64,000 nt of DNA from an uncultured Acidobacteriota bacterium (GCA_902826065.1 CADEDM010000006.1:836-64835), one strand, 5' to 3'; shown: positions 40,147-49,485, counted from the first letter of the stretch. Notes: a model not told the origin generated them from the sequence alone. Translations and numbers: made by a program.

Positions 40147-41709
40147 CTACGTCCGCATCGCGCGCGCGTGCAGCGATTCCAGCGCCTGCCAGCCGGCGGA
40201 GACGGCGCCTTCCTGCCAGTCGGGCAGCGAGCGTGGCGCGGTGGCCGCCGAGCCGATGAGGATGCGGTTCTCGACCTTCGAGATCTGCTCGCGCAACGCC
40301 GCGCCACGCACCGTGGCGTAGCCGCCAAGGCTGTACTGCACGCGGCGCCAGTAGACGGCGTAGGCGCTCTCGAACTCGTCGCGGATCTGCGGGTGCACCT
40401 TGCTGGCGTGCATCAGCACGTGCTCGACGCGGGCCGCGATCGGCCGGGTGCTGAGGTCGCTGATCGGGCCGTTCGAATAGAGGCCGAGCAGCACGCCCTT
40501 CTTCGCGAAGTAGTCGTTCGACGGATACGAGAACTCGCCGATCGGCAGGTTCGAGTAGAGGTGGCCGCCGAAGATCTGGTCGTCTTCTTCCCAGAACCGG
40601 CGCTTCATCGACATGCCGATCTTGGCGCTGTCGCTGTAAGTGACGCGCTTCACGGCCTGCATCATCGTGTCCGACAGCGCGATGTCGAGGCCGCTCAGCA
40701 CCGACAGCGGCACGCACGCGACCACGAAGTCGCCCTTCATCTCGACGGGCGTATCGGCACCGGTGTCGCGATACCGCACCGTCACGCCGTCCTCGTCCTG
40801 ATGCACCGACTGGATCTCGGCGTTGAAGGTCAGCCGCTGCGGGCCGAGGGCGCGCTGGAACGCCTTGCAGATCTGGTCCATGCCACCCACCGGCTGGAAC
40901 ATCGGCGCCGCCATGGTGCCTTCCATCGGCGGCACGGAGCGGAGGCGGTTGCCGAAGCCGGCTTCGAGCAGCCGGGTCAGCGCGATCGGATCGCCTTCGC
41001 CGCGATCGGCGAACGCCTTGTAGGTACGCGTGGTCGAATCCAGGTAGCCCTGACGGATGAGGAACTCCGTCAGCCGCTTCTGGTCGTCGGCGGTCAGCGC
41101 GGCATCGAGCTGGTGCGCATCGACGGCTTTCACGAGCAGCTCGTTGATGTGGCCGGTGAGGTCGGCCTTCACCTCGCGCATCCGGATGCGCTTGCCGGCG
41201 AGCTGACCGGCTGCGGCGCCCTCGCCGTAGAAATAGTTGGCGTCGGAGTCGTTGAGGAAGACCTCGAGCGGCACGCCGAGCTCGCGGCAATACCCCAGCA
41301 CGCCTTCGTGCGAGTGCGGGATGCGCCACGCGCCGGCGTTGACGTAGAGGCCGTCGTCCCAGGTGCAGGTCTGACGCTCGCCGTCGATCTCGCTGTGCGT
41401 GTCGCCCTTGCGCACGCTCCACACGATGCCGCCGACGCGGCTCCGCGCCTCCAGGACGTGGACGTCGTAGCCGAGCTTGTTCAGCTCATAGGCCACGACC
41501 AGCCCGGAGGTGCCGGCGCCCAGCACCAGCACGCGGTTCTTCGCCGGACGGCCCGACAACACCGGCCGCGGACCGGCCGGCGCGGCCATCAGATCCCACG
41601 CGTTCATGGCCGACATCACGAGGGACGACCCGCCGATGGTGCCGAGACGATGGAGGAACGCCCGGCGGCTGGACGCGCCGGCAAGACCGAACGGAAGCGT
41701 TGAGGTCAT
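40147..41709 (-). CDS. TAT-exported flavin-containing amine oxidase family protein
   Basis: Consensus twin-arginine ASSRRAFLHRLG. FAD fingerprint VLVLGAGTSGLVVAYELNKLGYDVHVLEARSRVGG. Confidence 0.85.
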   Translation of the reverse strand: MTSTLPFGLAGASSRRAFLHRLGTIGGSSLVMSAMNAWDLMAAPAGPRPVLSGRPAKNRVLVLGAGTSGLVVAYELNKLGYDVHVLEARSRVGGIVWSVRKGDTHSEIDGERQTCTWDDGLYVNAGAWRIPHSHEGVLGYCRELGVPLEVFLNDSDANYFYGEGAAAGQLAGKRIRMREVKADLTGHINELLVKAVDAHQLDAALTADDQKRLTEFLIRQGYLDSTTRTYKAFADRGEGDPIALTRLLEAGFGNRLRSVPPMEGTMAAPMFQPVGGMDQICKAFQRALGPQRLTFNAEIQSVHQDEDGVTVRYRDTGADTPVEMKGDFVVACVPLSVLSGLDIALSDTMMQAVKRVTYSDSAKIGMSMKRRFWEEDDQIFGGHLYSNLPIGEFSYPSNDYFAKKGVLLGLYSNGPISDLSTRPIAARVEHVLMHASKVHPQIRDEFESAYAVYWRRVQYSLGGYATVRGAALREQISKVENRILIGSAATAPRSLPDWQEGAVSAGWQALESLHARAMRT

Positions 41710-41810
41710 GGGATGTATGCGCCGCCGGATGGGATGTCATCCGATTCGCGTATCCAATGTTCTCACACTTGCGGCCGGCCGGCTTAGGACCGGAGTCTTG
41801 GCGCTCGTGC

Positions 41811-42641
41811 CTACTCGGTAGGCCGGCGCGGCGTCTTGCGGAGGTGCCCGTACATCAGCTCCTCGGCGAACTCGACGCACTTGTATTCCATCAGCTGCGC
41901 GTTGGCCTCGCGGCGCCGGTAGAGCGGCATCGACATCGTCCAGGCGCGCGAGTAGACCTTCGGATCGTCGATGGTCGCCTGGTACTGCAGCGTGTTGGCG
42001 TCGAGCGCGGTGTAGCGCTCGGTCACCTTCAGCGCGTCGCTGTGGTAATTGCCGGCGCGGTCGAACCACGTCTCTTCCATGTGGTCGACGACGTCGACGA
42101 CCAGCGTCTCGCCGTCCCAGCGGCCTACCGACCAACCCATCCAGGCCGGTGCCGGGCTCTTCTCCTGGCTGTTCATCCGGATCATCCGGCTGGCGCTGGC
42201 GAACTCGTAGGTCATCAGGACGTTGTCGGCCGACTGCACGATCTGGAACGGGAACGGCTGGTAGGTCGCCCGCGGGATCCCGGGCATGAAGCACTTCACC
42301 TCGGGGTCCAGCGTGGTCCACGACGCGGCGTTGGCCTGCTTTTTCGCCAGCGCCTCGGGCAGGTAGGGCAACGCGCCGCCTTCGACGACGCCGATGCCGG
42401 GCGGCACGCTGAACGCGGCGCCCAGCTGGAACATCGGGCCCGACTTGGCCGGGTGCGCCTCGATGTCCCAGTTGGCCGTGTTGTTCGCCTGCCAGATGCC
42501 GCTGAGATCGGGCGCGCCGTCCGGCGTGCGCGGGGCGCGATAGGCCGCCGGGGCCGCTGGCGGCGGCGCCGAACAGGCGGCCACGAGCAGGCTCACGACC
42601 GCGACCCCGGCGGCGCGGGTGACCGTGCGCGCCGCTGTCAC
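41811..42641 (-). CDS. lipoprotein of an uncharacterised family (paralogue of 43162..44208)
   Basis: The GTG start forms a GTGA overlap with the DUF6152 stop. Lipobox LLVAAC. Motifs shared with the paralogue: PDLSGIW, CFMPGIPR, GRWDGETLVVD, LKVTERYT, IDDPKVY, YKCVE. Confidence 0.7.
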   Translation of the reverse strand: MTAARTVTRAAGVAVVSLLVAACSAPPPAAPAAYRAPRTPDGAPDLSGIWQANNTANWDIEAHPAKSGPMFQLGAAFSVPPGIGVVEGGALPYLPEALAKKQANAASWTTLDPEVKCFMPGIPRATYQPFPFQIVQSADNVLMTYEFASASRMIRMNSQEKSPAPAWMGWSVGRWDGETLVVDVVDHMEETWFDRAGNYHSDALKVTERYTALDANTLQYQATIDDPKVYSRAWTMSMPLYRRREANAQLMEYKCVEFAEELMYGHLRKTPRRPTE

Positions 42642-43078
42642 TGACCGGGCCTCTTGCCGTCGCGCGGGTCCTTGCCATCCCGCGGCGCCCCGGTACCCGA
42701 CGAGCCCATGAACAGCGTGCGGCCATCGGGGAAGGTGATGTCGCGGCCGTTGGCCTTGAGGCTGCCGTCCTTCGCCTTGTAGCCGGCGACGACGATCTGG
42801 GTGCCGATCTTCACCGAGTCTCGGGTGATGCCGCCGCGCTGCAGGGTGTTGGGCGTGCCGCCCTCGACCATCCAGACGTCCTTCTTGCCGTCGGGCCGCG
42901 GGACCTCCATGTGGATCCAGGCGTGGGGATTGATCCACTCCACCTTCACGATCGGTCCCTTCAGCGTGACCGGCGCCTTGGCGTCGAACTCTGCGGAAAA
43001 CGCATGGTGCGCCCGCCCCGGGGCCGTCGCCGTGGCCAGGAACAGGCCCAGCGCGGCGAGCCGAATTACTCGTGCCAT
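42638..43078 (-). CDS. DUF6152-family secreted protein
   Basis: GAGGAGG RBS. Signal peptide MARVIRLAALGLFLATATAPGRA, then HHAFSAEFD...GPIVKVEWINPHAWI, which matches the remembered DUF6152 signature HHSFAxFD...W.NPH.W. Confidence 0.75.
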   Translation of the reverse strand: MARVIRLAALGLFLATATAPGRAHHAFSAEFDAKAPVTLKGPIVKVEWINPHAWIHMEVPRPDGKKDVWMVEGGTPNTLQRGGITRDSVKIGTQIVVAGYKAKDGSLKANGRDITFPDGRTLFMGSSGTGAPRDGKDPRDGKRPGQ

Positions 43079-43161
43079 TCCACGCCTCCTCGAAACGTGC
43101 GGAGCATAACACTTGCCGGAGGTCTGGACGGCCGGGCCCGACTGGGCGCACACTACGCCGC

Positions 43162-44208
43162 ATGAGACAGCTGCCATTCGCCGTCGTGGTTGCCGTTGTC
43201 GCGGGTTCGTGGCTCGTAGGGCCGATCGGGGCACGGCAGTCGGCGCCCGCCGCCCAGCCAGGCGCCGCGGCGCCCGCCGGCTGGACGGTGCCGCGCACCG
43301 CCGACGGCAAGCCCGACCTGCAGGGCGTCTGGGGCAACAACAGCGTGACGCCCATGACGCGCCCGACGCAGTGGAAGGACAAGGTGTCGCTCACGGACGC
43401 CGAGGTCAACGAGCTGAAGCAGTACGCGCAGCAGTTCGTCGATCAGGGGGGCGATGCCATCTTCGGCAACTTCGTCCAGCAGATGCTCGACGCGAAGGAC
43501 AAGGGCGCCTTCAAGCAGGTGTCGTACGACCCGACCACCGGCAACTACAACCAGTTCTGGATGGCCGATCGTGAGTGGGACAATCGCTCCTCGCTCATCG
43601 TCGACCCGCCCGAGGGCCAGTTCCCGCCGATGACGCCGGCCGGCATCGCCCGCCGCGACGCGCGCCTGGCCGCCGCGAAGGCCAGCACGCGCGGTCCGTC
43701 AGACGGCCCCGAGGACCGCCCGCTTTCGGAGCGCTGCATCTCCTACGGCGCGCCGCGCATCGGCGCCAACTACAACAGCTACGTCCAGATCCTGCAGTCG
43801 CCGAAGACCGTGGTGCTGATGCAGGAGATGATTCACGACGCGCGCGTGGTCGACATGACCGGCACGGCGCACCTGCCGAAGACCATCCGCCAGCTCCACG
43901 GCGACCCCCGCGGCCGCTGGGAGGGCGACACGCTGGTCGTCGAGACGACCAACTACGTCAACGGCTTCCAGGGCTCGACCAACGACGTCACGCTCACCGA
44001 GCGCTATACGCGGGTGAGCCCGGACTTCATCGAGTGGAAGGTCACGGTCGACGACCCCGCCACGTGGACCACGCCGTACACGTTCATGATCCGGCTGAAG
44101 AAGACCGACGGCCTGATCTACGAGTACGCCTGCCACGAAGGCAACTACGCCATGACCGGCATCCTCGCGGGTGCGCGCCGCGAAGAGAAGGCCGGCGGCA
44201 AGCGCTAG
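43162..44208 (+). CDS. secreted protein, larger paralogue of the 41811..42641 lipoprotein family
   Basis: Signal peptide MRQLPFAVVVAVVAGSWLVGPIGA. Family motifs: PDLQGVWG, CISYGAPR, GRWEGDTLVVETT, VTLTERYT, VDDPATW, YEYACHEGN. Confidence 0.75.
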   Translation: MRQLPFAVVVAVVAGSWLVGPIGARQSAPAAQPGAAAPAGWTVPRTADGKPDLQGVWGNNSVTPMTRPTQWKDKVSLTDAEVNELKQYAQQFVDQGGDAIFGNFVQQMLDAKDKGAFKQVSYDPTTGNYNQFWMADREWDNRSSLIVDPPEGQFPPMTPAGIARRDARLAAAKASTRGPSDGPEDRPLSERCISYGAPRIGANYNSYVQILQSPKTVVLMQEMIHDARVVDMTGTAHLPKTIRQLHGDPRGRWEGDTLVVETTNYVNGFQGSTNDVTLTERYTRVSPDFIEWKVTVDDPATWTTPYTFMIRLKKTDGLIYEYACHEGNYAMTGILAGARREEKAGGKR

Positions 44209-45686
44209 GCGGCGACGATCTGCGGCACCAGCGTGCCGTAGACGTCGGTCAGCCGCATGTCGCGGCCGTTGAACCGGTAGGTCAGCTTCGTGTGGTCGAG
44301 TCCGAGCAGGTGCAGCACCGTGGCGTGCAGGTCGTGGTACGAGATCGGCTGCTCGAGCGCCTTGTACCCGAAGTCGTCGCTCGCGCCGATCACCTGCCCG
44401 CCCTTGATGCCGGCGCCGGCCATCAGCACCGTCTGCGTCCCCGGATTGTGATCGCGTCCGACGCCGCGCTGTGAGATCGGCATGCGCCCGAACTCGGAGT
44501 GCATGATCACGAGCGTCGAATCGAGCAGTCCGCGCGCCTTCAGGTCGCGCAGCAGCGCCGCAGCCGGCCGGTCGGTCTCGGCTGCGTGCTGCGTGTGGTT
44601 CGCCTTCACGTCGCCGTGCGCGTCCCAGGTGTCGACGTTCTGGTTGCCGACGCCGCCCGAGTAGATCTGCACGAAGCGCACCCCACGTTCCACCAGTCGC
44701 CGCGCCATCAGGCACTGCCGCCCGAACGGCTCGGTGACCTTCTCGTCGAGCCCGTAGAGCGCGCGCGTCGCGTCCGACTCCCCGGCGAGGTCGATGGCGC
44801 TCGGCGCGCAGCCCTGCATGCGGTAGGCGAGCTCGTATGACGAGATGCGCGCCGCCAGCTCCGAGTTGCCCGGGTATTTCTGCATGTCGAGTTCGTTGAG
44901 CTTCGCCAGCGTGTCGAGGCGCAGCCGCTGGTCCTCGGCCGAGATGCCGGCCGGCGGCTTGAGGTCGACGATGGGATCACCGGTCGAGCGGAACAGCGTG
45001 CCCTGGAAGGCCGCGGGCATGTAGCCGGCGCTCCAGTCGTTGGGCCCGCCCAGCGGTCCGCCGCGCGCGTCGGTCATCACGACGTAGGCCGGCAGGCTCG
45101 ACGACACCGAGCCCAGCCCGTAGGTGACCCAGGCGCCGACGCTCGGGAAGCCCAGGTTGATCTGGCCCGTCTGCATCTCGTAGGTGCCCTGCACGTGGTC
45201 GTTCGAACGGCCGTAGACCGAGCGCAGGAACGCGATCTCGTCGACGTGCTGGCTGAGGAACGGGAAGATCTCCGAGATCTCGATGCCGCTCTGGCCGTGC
45301 TGCTTGAACGCGAACGGGCTGGGCATCAGCGGGCCGGGCGAGCCCTGGCGCACGATGACGTCGCCCTTCACCTTGTCGTCGATCGGCTGGCCGGCGTACT
45401 TCATCAGCGCCGGCTTCGGATCGAAGGTGTCCATCTGGCTCCAGCCGCCGCCCATGAACAGGGAGATCACGCTGGTGGCGCGCGGCGCGAAGTGCGGCGC
45501 CCTGGGCGCGTACGGATTCGATCCGACGGCGGCGGCGCTGCACGCGTCCTGCTGCGCCAGGGCGGTCGTCGACAGCAGCCCCTCGCGATCGAGCAGCCAG
45601 GCGAGCGCGAGGCCGCTGATGCCGCCGCCCGACGAGAACAGGAACTCGCGCCGATCCCAGAAGTTCTTGCTGCAGCGGTGCGACAC
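44205..45686 (-). CDS. DUF1501-family TAT-exported sulfatase-fold protein
   Basis: WDRREFLFSSGGGISGLALAWLL twin-arginine signal. Sulfatase-like core (MGGGWSQMDTFDPKP, HSEFGR). Lies directly downstream of a PSD1 gene. Confidence 0.85.
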   Translation of the reverse strand: MSHRCSKNFWDRREFLFSSGGGISGLALAWLLDREGLLSTTALAQQDACSAAAVGSNPYAPRAPHFAPRATSVISLFMGGGWSQMDTFDPKPALMKYAGQPIDDKVKGDVIVRQGSPGPLMPSPFAFKQHGQSGIEISEIFPFLSQHVDEIAFLRSVYGRSNDHVQGTYEMQTGQINLGFPSVGAWVTYGLGSVSSSLPAYVVMTDARGGPLGGPNDWSAGYMPAAFQGTLFRSTGDPIVDLKPPAGISAEDQRLRLDTLAKLNELDMQKYPGNSELAARISSYELAYRMQGCAPSAIDLAGESDATRALYGLDEKVTEPFGRQCLMARRLVERGVRFVQIYSGGVGNQNVDTWDAHGDVKANHTQHAAETDRPAAALLRDLKARGLLDSTLVIMHSEFGRMPISQRGVGRDHNPGTQTVLMAGAGIKGGQVIGASDDFGYKALEQPISYHDLHATVLHLLGLDHTKLTYRFNGRDMRLTDVYGTLVPQIVAA

Positions 45687-45689
45687 GGC

Positions 45690-48389
45690 TCACCTCAGGT
45701 AGAGGAACTCGTCGAGATTCAGCAGCACGTGCGTGAACGCCGCGAGCGACTGCCGGCGCACGAGGAAGCGGGCCACGTCGCGCTCCGCCGCCACCGGCCC
45801 TCGTCCGAGGGCGATGCGATACGCGAGATCGATCTGGGCGTCGGGTTCGCCGGAAACCGCGGCGACGCGCGCCGCCAGGCGGTCGGCCTGCGCCAGGACG
45901 AACGGGTTGTTGAGCAGCGTCAGCGCCTGCGTCGGCACCGTCGAGACGTTGCGCGCGCCGGCGACGACGTTCATGTCGGGATGGTCGAAGGTGTCGAACA
46001 TCGGATAGGGCAGGGAACGGCGGCGGTAGACGTAGACGCCACGCCGCCACGCCGCCGGCCCCTCGGGCGTGTTCTCCCACTTGCCGCGGAACTGCCCCTG
46101 GAGGATGTCCTTCGGCATGAACGGGAAGATCGGCTCGCCGCCCACCGCCCGGTTCAGGTTGCCGCCGGCGACCAGCATGCTGTCGCGCACGATCTCGGCC
46201 TCGAGCCGCTGCGGACGGAAGCGCCACAGGTAGCGGTTCTCGGGATCGCGGGTCGCGTTGTCGTCGCTCGCGAAGCTCGAGGCCATCTGGTAGGCCTCCG
46301 ACAACATCATCTCCTTCTGGATCGGCTTCAGCCGCCAGCCCTGGTTCACGAGTTCGATCGCCAGCCAGTCGAGCAACTGCGGATGCGTGGGCGTGTCGCC
46401 CATCTTCCCGAAGTTCTCGAGTGTGCTGACGATGCCGCGGCCGAAGTGCTTCTGCCACAGGCGATTCACGATCACCCGCGCCGTGAGCGGATGGTCCGGC
46501 GAGGTGATCCACTTCGCCAGCGCCAGGCGACGGCCGGAGGTGCGGCCGTCGGGTCGCGGAATCGCGGTGGGCGGCGTGCCGGCCGTCGCCACGCCGACGA
46601 AGCCCGGCGCCATCTGCGGCCCGTGGCTCTCGACGTCGCCGCGGATCAGGAAGTACGACGGCGGCGTCTCGTAGCGCCCCGGGCCCTTGTGCAGGTAGCT
46701 GCCCGGGAATGGCGGCGGGATACGGCACTTCGGGCAACTGACGACCTCGTCGCCTTCGCCGAGCGGCGAGAAGCGATGGTCGCCGTCGGTGACGATCTCG
46801 GCCATCGGCAGCGGCGCTGGTCGTGCCTTCTCGACCGCGGCGAGGTCCGCGAGCAGGCCCTTTTTCGCGGCGAGGTCGCCGGGTGACAACGCCGCGTCGA
46901 TCTGCGCGGCCGGCGCGTTCACCGCCTCGAACACCTGGATGGCGAGCAACCGCTCGCCAGGCGTGCGGTCGGCCTCGGGTTTTGCCGCGGCTTGATAGAT
47001 CGCGTCGGGGAAGCGTGCCTTGATCAAGGCCAGCTCGATGCGGTCGCGCTGCGGCTTCTCGATGGCCGCGATCTTCGTGCGCAATGCATCACGCCGTGCG
47101 TTCAGCGCTTCCTGCGTCGCGAGGTAGGCGTCGGCCTCCGCCGGCGGCGCCAGCGGCACCTCGGTCTCGACGTAGCCGAAGATCGACGCCTGCAGGGCGT
47201 AGTAGTCCTTCTGCCGGATCGGATCGAACTTGTGGTCATGGCAGCGTGCACAGCCGACCGTGAGCCCCATCGTGCCCTTGCCGATGGCGCTCAGCACGTC
47301 GTCCAGGTAGTCGAAGCGGCGCTCCGGGTTGTCCTTCTCGCGGAACAGGACGCGCGGGCCGGCGCGCAGGAACCCGGTGGCGATCAGGCTGTCGAACGTG
47401 CGGTCGTCGACTTCGTCACCGGCGATCTGCTCGGTCAGGAAGACGTCGTACGGCTTGTCGTCGTTGAAGGCGCGGATGACGTAGTCGCGATAGCGCCACG
47501 CATTCGGGCGGTGCACGTCGTACTCGAACCCGCCCGAGTCCGCGTAGCGGGCCACGTCGAGCCAATGGCGGCCGTAGCGCTCGCCGTAGTGCGGTGAGGC
47601 GAGCAACTGATCGACGAGCCGCTCCCAGGCATCGGGCCGATCGTCGGCGACGAAGCGATCGACTTCGTCGGGCGAAGGCGGCAGACCGAGAAGATCGAGA
47701 TACGCCCGCCGCACCAGCGTGGCCCGGTCGGCACGCGGCGCCGCCCGCAGGCCTCGCGCCGATCGCTCGGCGTCGAGGAAGCGATCGATGACGCTGGTCA
47801 GGCCCGCCCGTGCGGGCGCCGGCGGCACCGTCTGCACCGGCCGCGTGAACGCCCAGCGTCCACGCTCCTCGGCGGTGAGCGGCCGCTCTTCGATTTCGGC
47901 GCTGGCGGCCGCGGCGGCGGCGGCGGTGGTGGCGGCTGCGGCCAGTCCCGCGGGCCAGGTGGCGCCGCCGTCGATCCAGCGCTTCATCGCCGCGACCTCG
48001 GCCGGCGTCAGCGGCGCGCCGCGCATCGGCATCGCCGGGACGTCGAGGCCGGCGGCCAGGCGGTACATCCGGCTCTGCTCGGCATTGCCGGGCACCAGCG
48101 CGGGCCCCTTCGCGCCGCCGTCGATCGCGGCCTCGCGCGTGCGCAGGTCGAGTTTCGAGAGCCTCAGCTTCTCGCCGTGGCAGCCCAGGCACTTGCCCAC
48201 GAGCAGGGCGTGGATCTCCGGATCGGCGGGGACCGGGGCCTGGGCCGAGAGCGCCGGAAGAACGGCCGAGAGACGAATCAGGGCGAGGCCGCCGAGGGCC
48301 AGACCGAGCGGAGCCGAGGCGACCAACCGTCGTGGCACTCCACACCTCCGTCCGAGGTTCGCGGGCCGGGCAGATCGAAGCGGGCTCAC
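45690..48389 (-). CDS. PSD1/PSCyt-type protein (planctomycete cytochrome c domain + DUF1549 + DUF1553)
   Basis: CLGCHGEKLRLSKLDLRT N-terminal CxxCH and a second GCARCHDHKFDP. Size and order are typical of DUF1549/DUF1553 proteins. The start is uncertain (GTG at 48389). Confidence 0.8.
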   Translation of the reverse strand: MSPLRSARPANLGRRCGVPRRLVASAPLGLALGGLALIRLSAVLPALSAQAPVPADPEIHALLVGKCLGCHGEKLRLSKLDLRTREAAIDGGAKGPALVPGNAEQSRMYRLAAGLDVPAMPMRGAPLTPAEVAAMKRWIDGGATWPAGLAAAATTAAAAAAASAEIEERPLTAEERGRWAFTRPVQTVPPAPARAGLTSVIDRFLDAERSARGLRAAPRADRATLVRRAYLDLLGLPPSPDEVDRFVADDRPDAWERLVDQLLASPHYGERYGRHWLDVARYADSGGFEYDVHRPNAWRYRDYVIRAFNDDKPYDVFLTEQIAGDEVDDRTFDSLIATGFLRAGPRVLFREKDNPERRFDYLDDVLSAIGKGTMGLTVGCARCHDHKFDPIRQKDYYALQASIFGYVETEVPLAPPAEADAYLATQEALNARRDALRTKIAAIEKPQRDRIELALIKARFPDAIYQAAAKPEADRTPGERLLAIQVFEAVNAPAAQIDAALSPGDLAAKKGLLADLAAVEKARPAPLPMAEIVTDGDHRFSPLGEGDEVVSCPKCRIPPPFPGSYLHKGPGRYETPPSYFLIRGDVESHGPQMAPGFVGVATAGTPPTAIPRPDGRTSGRRLALAKWITSPDHPLTARVIVNRLWQKHFGRGIVSTLENFGKMGDTPTHPQLLDWLAIELVNQGWRLKPIQKEMMLSEAYQMASSFASDDNATRDPENRYLWRFRPQRLEAEIVRDSMLVAGGNLNRAVGGEPIFPFMPKDILQGQFRGKWENTPEGPAAWRRGVYVYRRRSLPYPMFDTFDHPDMNVVAGARNVSTVPTQALTLLNNPFVLAQADRLAARVAAVSGEPDAQIDLAYRIALGRGPVAAERDVARFLVRRQSLAAFTHVLLNLDEFLYLR

Positions 48390-48483
48390 TCTACCGCAGC
48401 CAGGGCGCCACGACCAGACCGTCGACGCCGTGGCCGTGGCTTCGCCCGAGGCGTCACGGCCTGAGCCGTGCTGTCCTGGCGCG

Positions 48484-49485
48484 TCAGTGCAGTCGGGCCA
48501 CGTAGAAGCCCGTGACCGCCCCGTCGCTCGCAGTGAACGATGCGCCGGTGTTGTTCAGAATGCGAACACCGACGACGTCGCCGGCGGCCAGCGCGAGGAC
48601 GGCCGTCGCCGACTGCGACTCGAACACCGCCGCCGCGTCCTGGCACTCGCCGACTTCCGCCACGCCGTTGAGAAAGATGACCACGCAGCGATTCCCGGGC
48701 GCACCGCCGTTGGGCAGGAGTCCGACCGCCGCCGACACCATGTACGTGCCCGCCGACGGTACGGAGTACTCGCCCGTCGCGGGGTCGTAGCTGCCGCCGC
48801 CGACGTTGGTCAGGGACCCCCAGCCGGTGATCGATGTCGTACCAGGGCCGAGGGTCTGATCGGCCAGCGACGCCGATCTGAAGCGGACGTCGGCGCGGAT
48901 CGGCACGCAGGTCACGCCGCCGCTGGTGAGCACGGCGCTGATGGCGGAGCCGGCGCCGCACGCGCCCGAGACACGAAGCTGCACCTGGCTGGCGAGGACT
49001 TCGGTGGCGCCCACGGATCCCCCTGCGAGTTCGACCTGCGTGATCGTGCCTGGGGCCACGCTGCTCGGCGGCAGCGGACGCACCGGCAGGCCGGCAACGG
49101 TCTGGAAGAAGGCGAACGTGCCGCCGTGCCCGATGCTGTCGAGCCACGTGCCATGACCAGTGGCCGGACTCACGACCGCCGACACGTGCACGGCCTTCGC
49201 CCACGGCGTCACGATGCTGAAGTTCATCGTGAAGCTGCCGTCGGCGTTCGGCGAGGCGATGCCGACCACGCTCGCCTTTTTGACTGCACCGCATTGATCT
49301 TCGGTGCCGTCGAGTCTGAACCCGGCCGGCGTGTTGGTCAGGGTCAGCGTGACGACGTTGCAGTAGGGCAGCATCTGCCACGGCACGGGGCCCAGGATGG
49401 TCTGCGCAGCGGCGTCGCGGCCCGCGCAGATTACCAACAGCACCAAGCCGAGCCGTGCTGACGTCACCGTGCAGAATCTGGCCAT
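48484..49485 (-). CDS. secreted protein, paralogue 3 of the PYCNV/QCG family, with C-terminal C1q/TNF-like globular domain
   Basis: GGAGGAG RBS. Signal peptide ends RDAAAQ. N-module: VPWQMLPYCNVVTLTL...TEDQCGA...GHGTWLD...GTFAFF. The C-terminus aligns by eye with C1q heads (YDPATGEYSVPSAGTYMVSA, LALAAGDVVGVRI, VTGFYVARL). Confidence 0.75.
   Translation of the reverse strand: MARFCTVTSARLGLVLLVICAGRDAAAQTILGPVPWQMLPYCNVVTLTLTNTPAGFRLDGTEDQCGAVKKASVVGIASPNADGSFTMNFSIVTPWAKAVHVSAVVSPATGHGTWLDSIGHGGTFAFFQTVAGLPVRPLPPSSVAPGTITQVELAGGSVGATEVLASQVQLRVSGACGAGSAISAVLTSGGVTCVPIRADVRFRSASLADQTLGPGTTSITGWGSLTNVGGGSYDPATGEYSVPSAGTYMVSAAVGLLPNGGAPGNRCVVIFLNGVAEVGECQDAAAVFESQSATAVLALAAGDVVGVRILNNTGASFTASDGAVTGFYVARLH

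Noticed and set aside
45195-49461. + strand ORFs 45195..46886 (563 aa) and 47719..49461 (580 aa).
   Set aside because: They are antisense to the DUF1501, PSD1 and paralogue-3 genes, which have strong motif support. Composition is Arg/Ala/Gly-biased.
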